DNA of 64,000 nt from Camelus ferus (lineage: Eukaryota), in the NCBI RefSeq assembly GCF_009834535.1, contig NC_045696.1, positions 24,368,001 to 24,432,000 of the forward strand. Direction: 5' to 3'. The number at the start of each line of letters is the position of its first letter. Position 1 is the stretch's first letter. Made by a program: the position numbers and the translations under genes. This document shows positions 40,300 to 54,420 of the stretch, in pieces. The notes below the pieces were generated by a model. That model made no database searches and was not told the DNA's origin. It saw only the letters and a program-made list of their open reading frames with translations.

Positions 40300-41554
40300 T
40301 AAGGTGAAACAAAAAATTGAAGGAGGCTTTTCTTAATTCTCTAAGAGAAAGTAGTCTTTTAAGAAATCTGGAATGCTATGAAGACCCTGATCCCACCTGG
40401 AAAAAAATGTATAGAATGAGTTACATTTAAATTAAAAGTCTATTTCTGTAACAAATTAATTAGTAAGTATATTCTAGAACACTTTCTTAACATGTGTCTG
40501 AAGTACCTGGAAAACAATTACTAAAATTGCATTTGTATTTGGTGATAGGTAGATCATTCCCTAGGACATTGTCTAAATGCTTCTGAGAGATGAAAGTTGA
40601 CTAGTAAATTAATGGTTTCTGGTGATCTTAATGTTCACATATCATTTGGAGGCATTGCTCTTCAGGGGTGCAACACGGTATTTCACAAGTTGCATGAGAC
40701 AAAGGCACTTAACGAGTTTTGGCTGCACTACACCTATTGTGCACAACACTGTTCAAACTGTTACAGGCTTCCTGCCAAGATATGTAGGAGAAATTGTCTG
40801 AAAGATTAGTAGAAGAAATGGTCCCATTCCCTGCTGTGCATGCTCGTGATTGGTTTGTCAACAGTTGGAGAAAATTCTGGTATAGACAGTGAACAATTAG
40901 TTAGTGTCAGTTCATTGGAAGGCTGGAGCCCTGAATAAGATTAATGAAAAGAAAAATAGGAATTATAATATAGTATTTTCTTCTTTGTGATAAGTGATGA
41001 TTTTGATAGGTAATGGCCACTCCTAATATTCATTATTAAAGTTCATTCATGTTTTGATAAATATTTTGTGATAAATTCCATTCAATAAACTTCTAGGAAA
41101 TGAATGGCAAATAATGTTTCAAGTCTAATATTCCTTTTTTGTATATATAGCAAAAATTTTAAATTATTCACATCTTCATTAAATTTTAAACATAAATAAA
41201 TAGCGTTTAAAGTTGTTGCCCATTAATAGTCTGCAAATGAAAAGTGTCAAAGGCTGTTTGTTATTGCACATGGTCTACTGCTTAGAGGACATACATACAT
41301 AAACATTATTACTGAGTTGTAGAATCATTATACAATGGCAAAATAAATCATTTATAAAACTTTAAATGTACACAGCTGGAAGAGTTTTATTTATTTTTTT
41401 TTGCAAATTCTTTAGTATATTCTCTTCATTGGTTATCAAAATTTTTTCTTATATTTTATTTAAAAAATATCCATCCTTTATCAGCATAAAAATGTTTTAC
41501 ATAGTGAAAAAATTAACGTTTTTTTGTAACACCGTTACAAAAAGTATTGGCCAA

Positions 41555-41770
41555 CATTTAGTGAATATTTACTATGTGCAGAAACTTCTCAAAGTGTATA
41601 ATATATATTAACCCATACATTAACTCACAATAATCCTAAGAAGTAATTACTGTTATCAGGATCACTTTATAGAAGGGTAAAGTGAGATACTGAGAAGTTA
41701 GGAGGCTTGTCCAACCTCACAGCTAGAAAGTGGTGAAGTAAGAATTCAATCCAGGTAGTCTGACTAGGGG
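41555..41770 (-). mobile_element. MIR SINE
   Basis: aacatttagtgaatatttactatgtgc...aagttaggaggcttgtccaacctcacagctagaaagtggtgaag. Confidence 0.7.
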
Positions 41771-41959
41771 GTCAATCCTGTAGTAATATAATTTTTCAGA
41801 TTACCTAAGAATAAATGTTTGTGATGGATAGAACTGATTGTAGAATGTTTTTAAATTAGACGATTTTTTTAAAGAGTGTATATAGTTTTACTTTGAAAAA
41901 CATGATAGCCAAACTAAGATTTGAAATAATTGTTTGCATTCAATACTATCATTATTATT

Positions 41960-42155
41960 TGTTAGCATTTTAACCGTTTTAAGTATACAGTTCAGCAGCG
42001 TTAATACATTCACATTTTTGTGCAACCATCACCACTATCCAGCTGCAGAATTATTTCATCACCCAAACTGAAGCTCTGTACCTACTAAATTATAACTTCC
42101 CACTATCCCCTCTCCTCAGCTCCTGGTAACCACCTTTCTACTCTCTGTGTCTGTA
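41960..42155 (-). mobile_element. L1M 3' UTR fragment
   Basis: ttttaagtatacagttcagc...acattcacatttttgtgcaaccatcaccactatc...cctggtaaccacctttctactctctgt. Confidence 0.75.
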
Positions 42156-43301
42156 ACTCACTTTTCCCTTCTATAAAGTTATGCTGACAACAGTAATTAC
42201 CTCTTGGGATTATTCTAAGTCAATAGTAGGATTAACATGGCATAATTTCTCTTCAGAGCTATGTTAGACTGCACAGGGACCACTTGGATGGTAGAGTTCT
42301 AAGATCAACCCACTCTCACTTGAATTGCCAGCTACTTCACTATTGTTTTGCTGGCCAAAGAGAAATGCCTGCATGCTAACTGAGTGTGTATATGTGTGTT
42401 TGTAGGCAGTGGGTGTGAAGGAGGCAGAATGGGAAAGAAAAAAGCTTGGAGAACCTCCTAACCTACTAGCAGAAATGAAATAGATAATTGGTGTATATCA
42501 GGATTCCAGTGGGGAGGGGGTGTCTGCCCATGCACATGTGTTTGTGTGTAGGTTGGTAGAGCTTGGGAAGTTAGGGATCGATACAGCAGAATCAATTACG
42601 AGACCTTTTTAAATTATTCTTTGTGACTTTCAAATGCAGTTCTCCAGGAATTAGAGTCTTCAGGAGTGGGAGTTTGTGTCATTTGTAGAAGCCCAGTTGC
42701 TGGCTGTGGTATATTCCCCAAAGCCCACCCCCACGCAGTCTTACACACTACCCGCAAGCACTCATCCCTCAGTTGAGAACAACTGCACTGGCTACTCCAT
42801 CTAAAAAGGAGAAAAGGAAAAAGGCTGGTCAGTAGTGGCCTAACCTCGGTTTAACTTTGTAACACATCTGAGAAGCTGAGGCAAGCAGAACTGATTATTC
42901 CAGGTATATTTTGGCCAGGAATCTTGGCCAGTAATGCTAAGAAATACAAAAAGTGGTAGTAGCTCTGAAAAAAAAAAAAAGAGAGAAAGAAACTGAAAAG
43001 ATGGCAAATGCACAGAGACAGTCTAGGAATGATCAGTGGGCCCAGGATTGAGGCCATGAAGCATAACCTGTGGATTTATCAACAAACACATAGATCTCAT
43101 ACAGTAAGCAAAAAAATTTAAAAACCAAATTCAATTTAACATACGTTTTAAGACAAACATTGAATTACTTTGTTGTTAGGGATGCGATAGTTTTATTTTT
43201 TTAATTGTTAAAATACATCGCTGTGGTTTACGAGACATACGTCTAGTTCAATTATTCTTTTAGATGTCTTGAAAATAAACATGTCTTGAGCATAGTTGAA
43301 G

Positions 43302-43414
43302 TAGGGTGCCAAGTTTGTCTTGCTTTCCTCAGGACTTTCCCAGTTTTAGCATTGAAAGTCCCATGCCTACAGAATCCTTTTAGTCTCAGGCAACAGGAAT
43401 TGTGGGTCACACTA
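43302..43414. mobile_element. MER81-like hAT-Blackjack MITE with perfect 8-bp target-site duplication
   Basis: tagggtgcc...ggtcacacta terminal repeats; AGTTGAAG at 43294-43301 and 43415-43422. Confidence 0.88.
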
Positions 43415-43849
43415 AGTTGAAGACACATTAATTATAATTGTATCTTTATCAATTTATAATATACATATTAATTATATTCTTCTTATTACGTGTTTCACCT
43501 TTTTTATCTTGATCTGAAAGAATAATAAATAGGAAACAATAAACTTTTATTCAAATTACAAAACTATAGTTTTGAAACAGACATTTTTGCTTTCAAAGAA
43601 GGAGGTAAAATGTTATTGAAAGCAGTTACATTTAATGCTTAAAGTGGTATTTCCAAAATGGGATGCCTGGCTGGTGACCAGATGTTCTAGGAATTCATCT
43701 TAATTGATTATAATGTCTGGCATCAAAATGCACATGCATGTGGTTGTAAAACCTATCTGTTAGATTTACGTATTTTCCTTAAGATAGTTCACTCTGATGA
43801 ACAGGAAGAGAGAACAGGTGTTAAGGGTTATTGTTCCTAGCTGATTTAA

Positions 43850-46540
43850 AAACATTCCTTTTTTTCTAATATAAGCATTTTGCACATTTCCCCCAAGCAT
43901 TGATTTTAGCATCTTACCATACATTTTGATCAATTCTGTTTTTATTTTCATTCAGTTCAAAATAATGTTCTAATTTTCCTTTCAACTTGCTCATTGACCC
44001 ATCAGATCAGAAGTATGTTGTTTAATCTCCAAATATTTGGGGGTTTTAAAGATATCTTTCTGTGCTCAATGTCCAGTTTAATTCTGTTATGATGGGAGAA
44101 GACGTTTTAGATGGCATCAGTTATTGTCAGTTGCTTGAGGTTTTTTTATGGCAAAGAATTTGGTCTATCTTGCTAAATGTTCCATACACTCTAAGACAAT
44201 GTTTAATCTGCTGTTGTTGGGTTAAATCAGTCGATATTGTTAACTGAGGCCTTCTTGATTCTTTGTGATTTTCTGTCTGCTTGTTCTATCAATTACTGAA
44301 AGAGTTGTGGTGAAAACTCCATTGATAGTTGTAGATTTGTGTATTTTTCCTTTCAGTTCTATCAGTTTTTACTTCATCTATTTTGAGGCTCTATTGCTGA
44401 GTACACGTATATTTAGGATTTTTATATCTTCTTGGTGAATCTAAATCTTCATTATTATGCAGTTTCCCCCTTCACCCTAGTTCTGTTGTCTACTTCGTTA
44501 TTAATACAGCCACTCCAGGTTTCTTTTGATTTGTGTTTGATCTGTGTTTGAAAAGTAAGTTTTTCTCCTTTTTTTTAAACCTCTGTATGTCTTCATATCT
44601 AAAGTGTGTTTCTTGTAGATGGCATATATTTGGATCTTGCTTTATTATTCATCTTGACCATCTCCATATTTTAATTGATATGCTTAGATCCTTTACCCTG
44701 AGTGTAACTATACGTATGTGGTTTGATTAAGATCTGCCCAACTTGCTAGTTGTTTTCTATGTATCCACTTGTTTTTCCTTCCACTTTTCTTTTTCTGCCT
44801 GCTTTTGAATTATTTATTTTGATTCCATTTTAACTCCACTATTAGCTTTTTATTTATACCTCTTACTAAATTATTTTTAGTGTTACCCTAGGGTTTAAAA
44901 TATACATCTTTGATTAATCACAGTTTATCTTTAAGTAATACTACACCACTGCATGTATAATGTCAGAAACTTACAACAGTGTACTTACAATTCATCCCTC
45001 TTAATTTTTGGCTATTGTTGCCATATATATTTTTAGGTCTTGGAAAAATACAACCCTTGGGCCCAGACCGGTCATATTCATTCATTTATACATAGTTTAT
45101 GGCTGCTTTCATGCTGCAAGGGCATAATTCAGTGATTGTAACAAGAGACCTTTTGGCCCAGAAAGCCAAAAATACTTTCTATTTGATCCTTTAAAGAAAA
45201 AGTTTGACAACTCCTGCTTTAGACAATCAGTTATCCTTTTCTGTATGATTAAGAATCTTTTATATTTACCTTTATTTTAACAATATCAAACAATCTTTTT
45301 TTTTTTCCTGTGGATCTTAGTTTTTGTCTTATGTCATACTCCTTCTTGCTGAAGAACTTCCTTTAACATTTCTTATACTTCTGGCCTGTTACTAATAAAT
45401 TCTCTCAGTTTTGCTTCATCTAAAAAAAGATTTATCCTTATTTTAGAAAGTTATTTTCAATGAACTTATTTTTCTGTCTTCACAGTTGTTTTCTTTCTGT
45501 CACTCTGTAGTCTGGTTTGCATAGTTTCTGTCAAAATTCTACTCTAATTTTTTACTTTTGTTTCTTTGTATGCAAGTTGTCTCTTTGTCCTGCCTCGGTC
45601 TGTCTTCTATGTTTCTTTTTGTCTTTAATGTTCAGCCGTTTGAACCTGATGTGCCTAAGTTTGGGTTTTTTTTAACCCTGCTCCCTATTCTTTGTGTTCC
45701 CCGTCTGGGATTCCAGTTATGCTTCTGTTTGATTATTTGATATTTTCCCACTACTTTTTGAAGCTCTATCTGTTTTATTTTTCTTTTTCCACTCTTTTTT
45801 TTAAAATCTTTTTGTTTTAGTTTGGGTAATTTCTATTAACTTATCTTTAGACTCACTGATTCTTTTCTTGACTATGTCAAATCTACAGATGAGTCTCTCA
45901 AAGTGATTCTTCATGATTACTACCACTGATTTTTATTTCTAACATTTCTTTCAACTCTTTCTTATATTTTCCATTTTTCTGCTGAAATTTCCATTTATTT
46001 GTTAATGTTTTCCACCTTTTACACTAGATCTTCTAAGATATTAAGCATAGGTTTCTTTTTTAACCGTGTCTGTTAACTCTAACAATTCCACTGCTTCTGT
46101 TTAGATAGTTTCTAATGCCTTGATTTTAAGTTTACTGATATTTTCTCTACCAGTGTCTAATCTGCCAAACTTTCCTATAGAATAATTTTCACTTCTTTGT
46201 TGAGATTCTCTATTTGTTTCCTTATTTTACGTATATGTTTTGCTTTAAATCCTTCAATACATTTTGAAACACTGCTTTACAGTCTCTGGAAATGCCATTT
46301 TTTTTTTTTCATTTTGGGATCTGTGCTTATTTACTGATTTTTGTTTTCATCTTCTTACATATCTAGTAGTATTTTTTATTGAATTATGGACATTATTGAG
46401 CTTACATTGTTGAATGTCTGGATTTTATAGTTTTTGTTAATAGAATGTTGAATTTTGTTAAGTTAGACAGTTACTTTTCTAGAGTATGTGACTGATTATT
46501 TTGAGGGTTGCTTTTAAGCTTTATTGGGAAATTTCTAGTA
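43850..46540 (-). mobile_element. Old L1M fragment (ORF2 5' part, ORF1 region)
   Basis: T-rich antisense L1 motifs (ttcagttctatcagttttt, cagccactccagg, gaagaacttcctttaacatttc); boundaries approximate. Confidence 0.75.
45034..45216. mobile_element. MER58A-like hAT-Charlie MITE nested in L1
   Basis: tttatggctgctttcatgctgcaaggg...gagaccttttggcccagaaagccaaaaatact...aaagtttgacaactcctg. Confidence 0.75.
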
Positions 46541-46580
46541 TGTGTGCATGTGTGTTTTTTCTTAATTCTAATGAATATCT

Positions 46581-46935
46581 AGTTTAAATTAGAAAAGAGT
46601 AGTGTGGTATATGTTAATCTATTGTAAGGATTTGACATTAGAAAGTTCTCAGTAAAGTGCCTATTTAGAAGAACCATGGGATCTTCACTCATTCATTCAT
46701 CCATCAATCATGATTCCCATGAAGACTAGGAAACTATTAACAAGAAGAGGAATATTCCTGGATTTTAGAGCAGGAAATGTACAAAAGGTGGTGGCAATTC
46801 TGAGGCAAGTATACAGACTTCTGATTTCAGGAGGTGATGGGAAGTAAGATTCATGAAGGAAGTGATAAAAATATCACTTGGACCTTGAAGGAAGAAAGGA
46901 TTTACATTATGAGGTTTGATGAAGGAAAAGGTCTT
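46581..46935 (+). repeat. Copy 1 of an old local duplication (paralog at 51699-52040)
   Basis: Colinear shared blocks: atgttaatct, ctatttagaagaac.atggg, cccatga.gactaggaa..tattaacaag, tggattttagagcaggaaat.tacaaa, tttcaggaggtg, ttggacct.gaaggaag. Confidence 0.8.
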
Positions 46936-49593
46936 ATAGGCATGGCTAAGGCATATAAACAATTTTGGAGAACTAGTCAAAATCAGGTCCTCAAAGGTGT
47001 CAAATGTGTTAGACAGGGATAATTATAATAGCACTTTATATGGTTACTGCACACATAAAATGAAATAATGCATTAAAATGCTTAGCCAAAAATTTGACAT
47101 GTAGTATACACTAAAATATTGTTTACTTTACAGATATTTAGAAGCATTTTTTAAACAGGAAATATTAAGCTTTTATATCATTAAAATATTAAATAATAAT
47201 CTCTCATTAACCTTTTAACAGATATTTAAAGCTATTATTTTTGTTACTAAAATTGTTAAGTATTTGTCATCATATTTTTAAGATTAGTCATTTGTTGAGG
47301 ACCTTCTATAAAGATATACATTTTAATCTTCCATCTCTAATCCTGGATATTACTCAGAAGTACATATCTTAAGAGCGGACAGACAGAGAAATATGCTTTC
47401 AACTTGGCTTTGAAACATTTAGATCAATAAGTATCTGAACGATCATACAAAAATGATTTTTTACCTCTTCAGTTATATATAATTTACATGTAAAAAAATA
47501 ATTGTTTTTTGTCATATTTGGTGACCATGACTTTTTAACATCATTGCCAAATATTCAAATCTATTATATAGATTCATGTTCTAGTCTGATACCTAGTAAT
47601 TGGTCCATTCTTTATTATGTTAAACTTATTTGAATTTAGAAGGATGGGCTTCTTCCTAATTAACCTTAACTGTTATGATGAGATTATATGCAGAGTGACA
47701 CTGGGAGTTTATTTTATGACATTGCATATTTGGTGTTTAGGAAAGCACTTAATCATTTAATAAATTGTCAAGTCATAGGTTATTCTGGAAGCCAGAATTT
47801 GTCTTTGGCAGCTTAAAAAAAGCAGATTTTGACACAAAAGTAGATAAATAATCATGAAAATATTAAGTACCTACGAGCCAAAATCCCATTTAAATACCAT
47901 GCAGACATTTAATAGAAAATCACATAAATTTCTTTGACTTTAGTATTATATATAGCAATAAATCAGTAAGAAGATGTAGTACTATGTTGAAAGAAATATT
48001 GTTCATAAGAGTCAAGATATCATAGGAAACATCCATGTGTTCAAGAACATCAGAAAAGAGTGCTTTGATTGATGCAAGCTTCTAATAGGGAGGCTGGCAT
48101 TTTTACTTCCCTTTCAGTTAGAGCTCATAGGCATTCTGTAGTATTTGTTGAGCTGCTTCTACTTTTGTAGGTAATGAGAAAACAGATCATTAAATATAGC
48201 TCTAGATTTAAAGATACTTACAATTAGATAAGACATATTTGTATGGACTAATAAAATTTTTAAAATTTATTATTTAACCACCTTACTTTATAAATAAGGA
48301 AATTATGTTGTTTTAGTTATTCATAGATAGGATAGGATTTTATGACCAAGTTGGGGCTCAATTACAGGATTTTTTTCTTTTCTTTCTACATTAAACAGTA
48401 AAATATGGCTGTGCCTCATTTTCTCCTCCTGTAAAATGGTCATTATTATCATGCTTTATAGATTTTATCATTATCATTGTAAGGATTAACTGAAGAAATA
48501 CTTCTAAACCATATGAAGTATTAAGAATATATTAAGGACTTACTATGTGAAGCTATCAGCAGCAGCATTGGTTCTGTATTATCTGTCAAAGACTGTATCT
48601 AATGCTGTAGGAGTTTAAATGAAAGAATGATAATGATGAATGGAGAAGCAGTACAGTGGTAAAACTAGGGCTTCTAGAGCAAGACAATTTGGGTGTAAAT
48701 TTTCTGCTACATATAAACAGTAGAACCATGGACAATTAAGTTTTAATTTTAAAAGATTCAGCTTCCTCCAGTTTATAATGATAAAACCTATGCTCAAGTG
48801 TGTCAGGTGCACAAACCTGGTGTATTAGAGTGTATATGTTGACTTTTATTTTATGACTAACCAATTTGATAAAATCTGGTAACTGGCTAATTAGCACAGA
48901 ATAGCTAGAGGAAAAATATATTCAGACTAGCTTGTACTGTACACATAAAGCTTAAGTCTCAAATTTTGGTAACATCTAGGTTGGATTTTGCTATAAATGA
49001 AATTTTAGGATGTCTTAAAAACAACTAAAAATGTATTTTGCTATTTCTTTTCCATTTTACTTTCCAACAGTTTTGTTGTCTTTTCTATGAATCTCTTGCA
49101 ATGAAATATATTTAATGAGAACTGTTTGCTTTAAAAAGTTATCAGTGTGATTAGTGTGAAATAATGCTGGTAAGTAACATATGGTGCTGATATATTACAC
49201 TGGATTTCTCTGTTACAATTATTAAAAAATTGGAAAAGTTTGGTATCTGTTGTGTTAGTCTAACAGAAGTGATGTGAACCTACTCTTATCATTTCATATT
49301 ATATTTCTCATTGCAGCAAAGTGAATTATATTTCACTAGAAATAGAATTTTAACCTCCCACTGTACAAAGGGAAATTTTATATTGATAGATATTGACCCA
49401 GATATTTATATATATCTATATAATTTAAGATTTCTAATGCTTTTAGAAATTAGAAGGTATATATTATAAAATATTGCTAGTAATTTAATGATAAAGAAAA
49501 ATTAGAAATAAGTAAGAAACAAAATACAAGGTTCACTTTTTCCCTTTGTCCTTCAAAGAATAAGATCCAATAGACATCCTTCAACAGTGAGGG

Positions 49594-50161
49594 TGTATTA
49601 AATATCTACTGATATATAACAATGACTCCAAAACTTAGCACCTTAAAAATGACAAACATTTATTATTTCACAGATTTTGGGAGTCAGAATGTGAGAGTGG
49701 CTTAGCTGGGTGGTTCTGGCTTAAGGTCTCTCATGCAGCTGCAGGCAAGCTATTGGCCAGGGCTGTGGTCTCATCTGAAGGCTTGACTAGGGTAAAGTCT
49801 GCTTCTGATCTCGTTCACATGTTGTTGGCAGGCCTCAGTTCCTCACAGCCTGTTGCACTGAGAGCATCATTTCCTCTCTGGCTGTTGGCTGTCTCAGTTC
49901 CCTATCATGTTGGCCTTTTCATTGGGCAGCTCACAATATAGAAGCTGACTTTCCCTAGACTGAGTGTTCCAAAAGAGAGAGGGCCCAAGGCAGAAGCCAC
50001 AGGGTTTTATAACCTCATCTTGCAGATGACATGCTATCACTTCTGCTGTATCCTATTGGTCATACACACCAACTCTGGTACAAAGTGGGGGGAGACATTA
50101 CCGGAGTATGAGTAGCAGGAGGTGGGAATCATTGGGAGCCATTCTGGAGACTGGCTACCAC
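49594..50161 (-). mobile_element. MLT1F/E-like MaLR LTR
   Basis: ccaaaacttagcaccttaaaa...gtggcttagctgggtggttctggct...atcacttctgctgtatcctattggtca...ggctacca. Confidence 0.8.
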
Positions 50162-51698
50162 TGAAGGAAGTGGTTCTCCTTACTTGCTGACAAAGAGAGA
50201 GTTGCTACCCTGCCTTATTTCTAAAGCATTGGGCCTATATCCCCTGCTTTGAATGGTGATTCCTGGAGACTAGCCAATAAATTCAATAAAGTTCTTTCCT
50301 TACTGATGACTTGGTACAAAAGGCAGAAAGCAGACATTTGCTTGTATTTTCAAATGGTTTTCTCCTCAGAGCATTTAGCCTGTTCGGCCAGTCCTTCAAG
50401 GTTCTGAATCGCTCTATAAAGCACGTTGGAAGGAGGCCTCATTGAGGATATTTACATAAGGTAGTAGAATTCTTTTTATGTCATTTCACCTCTAGAGTCC
50501 ATGCTTACACAGCTATTCAGCTGCATCCAAGGCTGGATTTAAAACAGTTCTTTCACAATTTAGGACTCCTTAGTTCTCTTTTGTTCACAAAAGAGGAACC
50601 AGCTAAAACTGGGATTGTTTCCAATAGCCTGTTTAAAGAAGGTCACTGTTGGGTTATCTCTGTGACCAGTTATAGTAAGATTTGAAGACTTGATGAAAAT
50701 AATAAGTTTAACACATCAATCAGTGGCTTATCAGTGATCATTATTGGCTGTTTGGAGGAATTCTGTTACATTTAAATTGAATGTATTTTTTCACTCTGAA
50801 CAAATAAATGAAAGAGTATTCAGGCTTTACTTCTGACTCAACCAGAATATTTTTTTTTTTTATGGGGGGGAAGGTCATTCAAACTCCAGTGCTTGCTTGT
50901 GTAACTGATTCTGGGCATCTGATGAATGGCAGGCAAGCCACAACCCCAAGTTCTCTTTCCAGAAACTGCCTTATTATCTCTTTCCATATATATTTAGCCT
51001 GCATTTTGGAGTTGAACTTAGTGCTTATGCAAATATATCAAAGGAGTGATGACTGCTTTTCCTACTGCCTCAGGCTGTAGTTGGCTTGAGAAGAGTGGCA
51101 GGAGAGAGCATAGCCTGGCTCTGACGAGGGGGGCTACTCTTTCAGCTTAGTTAACCACATAAGGTGGATTCTATTATTGTTCCCAGCTATGTGCTCCCTC
51201 CCCACCCCCTTAGCCAGGTGACTGCCAGTGCCTTCTACTAGGCAGAAAATACCTCCCATGTCATAGTTAAGCTTGACCATGTGGCTTTATTTGCACAATA
51301 GCAGAAATAGCTCTTCCTCAACCTGGATCCCAGAATAAGATACATGGAGCAGAGCTGAGCAGAGTTGTAGTAACTCTCAGACCTGTAAGTGAGAAATGCA
51401 TGTGTATCATTGCAAACTGTTTAGATTTTAGAGTTGTTTGTTTTTACAACCAAGATGATTAGTACATACATAAACTGTGAAAAGGTCATGTACTGTGATG
51501 AATCGTGATGTCATGGCTGCCAGCCATTGGACAGGCTGTCCCCTTGCATTCCCTGTAATGAAAGGACTGATGGCATCCACTGTTTCACGTATTTGAAAGT
51601 AATGAGGAATAGAACTCTCAACTGTAAGAAATACCCATAAATGTACATGTTTTCTACCTCTGTATAATGGATGACCAATAGACTAGATGGTGGTGAGC

Positions 51699-52040
51699 AG
51701 CTTAAGTTTGAAAAGAGAATTGTAGTACATGTTAATCTGTTTTAAAGGTTTGACAGAACGTCCTCAGAAAAGGAACTATTTAGAAGAACTATGGGGTCTT
51801 TATTCATTCATTCCTTTATTGATTATTATACCCATGAGGACTAGGAAGATATTAACAAGGAAAAGGCAGATTCTTGGATTTTAGAGCAGGAAATATACAA
51901 AGGGTACTAAGAATTCTGAGGGTAGAGACTGCTGGTTTCAGGAGGTGGGATGTCAGATTAATGGGGGAAGTGAAGTTTGAATTGGACCTGGAAGGAAGGA
52001 AGGACTTATGTTATGAAGTATAATGGAGGAAAAGACATTC
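51699..52040 (+). repeat. Copy 2 of the local duplication (runs on into an L2 fragment to ~52300)
   Basis: Colinear with 46581-46935; includes L2 3' end attcattcattc plus shared upstream flank. Confidence 0.8.
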
Positions 52041-52369
52041 CAGAAGATCGGACCCACGGGCAAAATGTCAGAGATGGAAAAGCATGCGATGTTTATGAGA
52101 AACAATGTGCATTTTCACTTTAATGCTGCATAAGGCACAGGGAAGAAAATGGGCTCAGGTGAGAGTATGAAGAGACTTGAGTTAGACATGGTAGTTCAGG
52201 CTTTGATTTCTAGGAAGTGGGGAAGCACCAGAGATTTTCAAGAAGGGGATTATACTGTTATTGCTCAGAAAGACATATATGGCAGCAACAAGTAGTATAT
52301 TTGACTCATCCTGTCTGATTTTCTTCTATCGTTCCCCTTTTCTAAATAACATAGGATGAAGATAGATAG

Positions 52370-53240
52370 TTACTTAGGAGTCTAGGTCTTTTCAAAGATT
52401 TTTTATTTGCTTTCATTGATTTTTCTCTATTGTAGGTCTGTTTTCTGTGTTAACTGATTTTTGACTCAGCTTTATTTTTTTCTTTTTTCACCTTGTTTGG
52501 GTATAACTTTCTCTACTAGCTTCTTAAGGCAGACACTCTGACCATAGATATTAGATCTCTCTTCTTTTCTTGCATAAGCATGTAAAACTATAGATTCCCC
52601 TTGAAGCACTGCTTCAGCTGCAGCTAAGGTTTTGATAAGTTGTGCTTTCATATTTTTAGTTCAAAATATTTTCTAAATTCCTTGTGACCTATCCTTTGAC
52701 CTGTGGCTTATTTAGGGGTGTTTTGTTTAATCTCCTCATGCTGTGGAATTTTCTGGATAACTTTTTGTTACTCCTCTTATTTAAATCCTTTATAGTCAGG
52801 GAATGCCTTTTGGTTTATTTTAGTATTTTAAAATTTAAATAACGTGAATGTACTTAATGCTACTGAATTGTACACTCAACAATGGTTAAAGCGGTAAATT
52901 TAATATACTTTCCATAATAATAAATGTTAGCTATTACAACTGAATACAATATGTTTTAAAACAGTCTGTTATGTCTCATTTGACCTGTGGTGAGTTTCCC
53001 AGTGTCAGTGTTGTTGGCTAGAGTGTTTGTTGTTCAAATTTTCTGTATTGTTACTAACCTTCTGTCTGGTTAGTCTGTAAACGAACAGCGAGGAATTTTG
53101 AAATCTCTAACTATAATTGCAGAGTTTTCTGTTTCTCCTTTCAATTCTATTAATTTTTGCTTAATGTTTTTTAAGGAGCTCTGTTCTTGGGTGCATGTCC
53201 ACTTAATGCTGTGTCTTGTTCATGACTGTACCCTTTATCA
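52370..53240 (-). mobile_element. Old L1M ORF2 fragment, with a small sense L1 3' end inserted at ~52840-52920
   Basis: ggtcttttcaaaga, tttagttcaaaatattttctaaattcc, ttgaaatctctaactataattg; insert aatgtacttaatgctactgaattgtacact. Confidence 0.75.
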
Positions 53241-54095
<855 letters not shown>

Positions 54096-54420
54096 TACTT
54101 ATCTTTCAAGTAAGTTAAAAATGAGGACAATTCTCTTTTTTCTTATGTTGATCATTTTTGGTGTTCTTCATTTCTTTGTATAGATTCAGGTCTCAATCTT
54201 GCATAATTTTCCCATGCCCCCCAAATTTTCTTTAACATTTCCTTTAGCGCAGATCTGCAGGTGGAACGATTTTGCAGCACAGGTTTTATTTCACTTTTTG
54301 GAAGGGTAGTTATGCTGTGGCCCCAGGGTTTAACCAGCAGAGGGCGCTGGGCCATTCCACAGTTTGAGATGCTAAGGCACTTCCGGCCGGCTTTCAGGCT
54401 CTCAGTGAAGCTGTAGCCCT
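54096..54420 (-). mobile_element. Old L1M ORF1-region fragment
   Basis: ttcttcatttctttgtatagattcagg...tttctttaacatttcctttagcgcagatctgc resembles the L1 sequence at ~45300-45420. Confidence 0.6.
54334..54349 (+). promoter_or_regulatory. CTCF-consensus motif (forward orientation)
   Basis: CCAGCAGAGGGCGCTG, exact fit to CCASYAGRKGGCRS with CpG retained; binding not shown. Confidence 0.55.
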
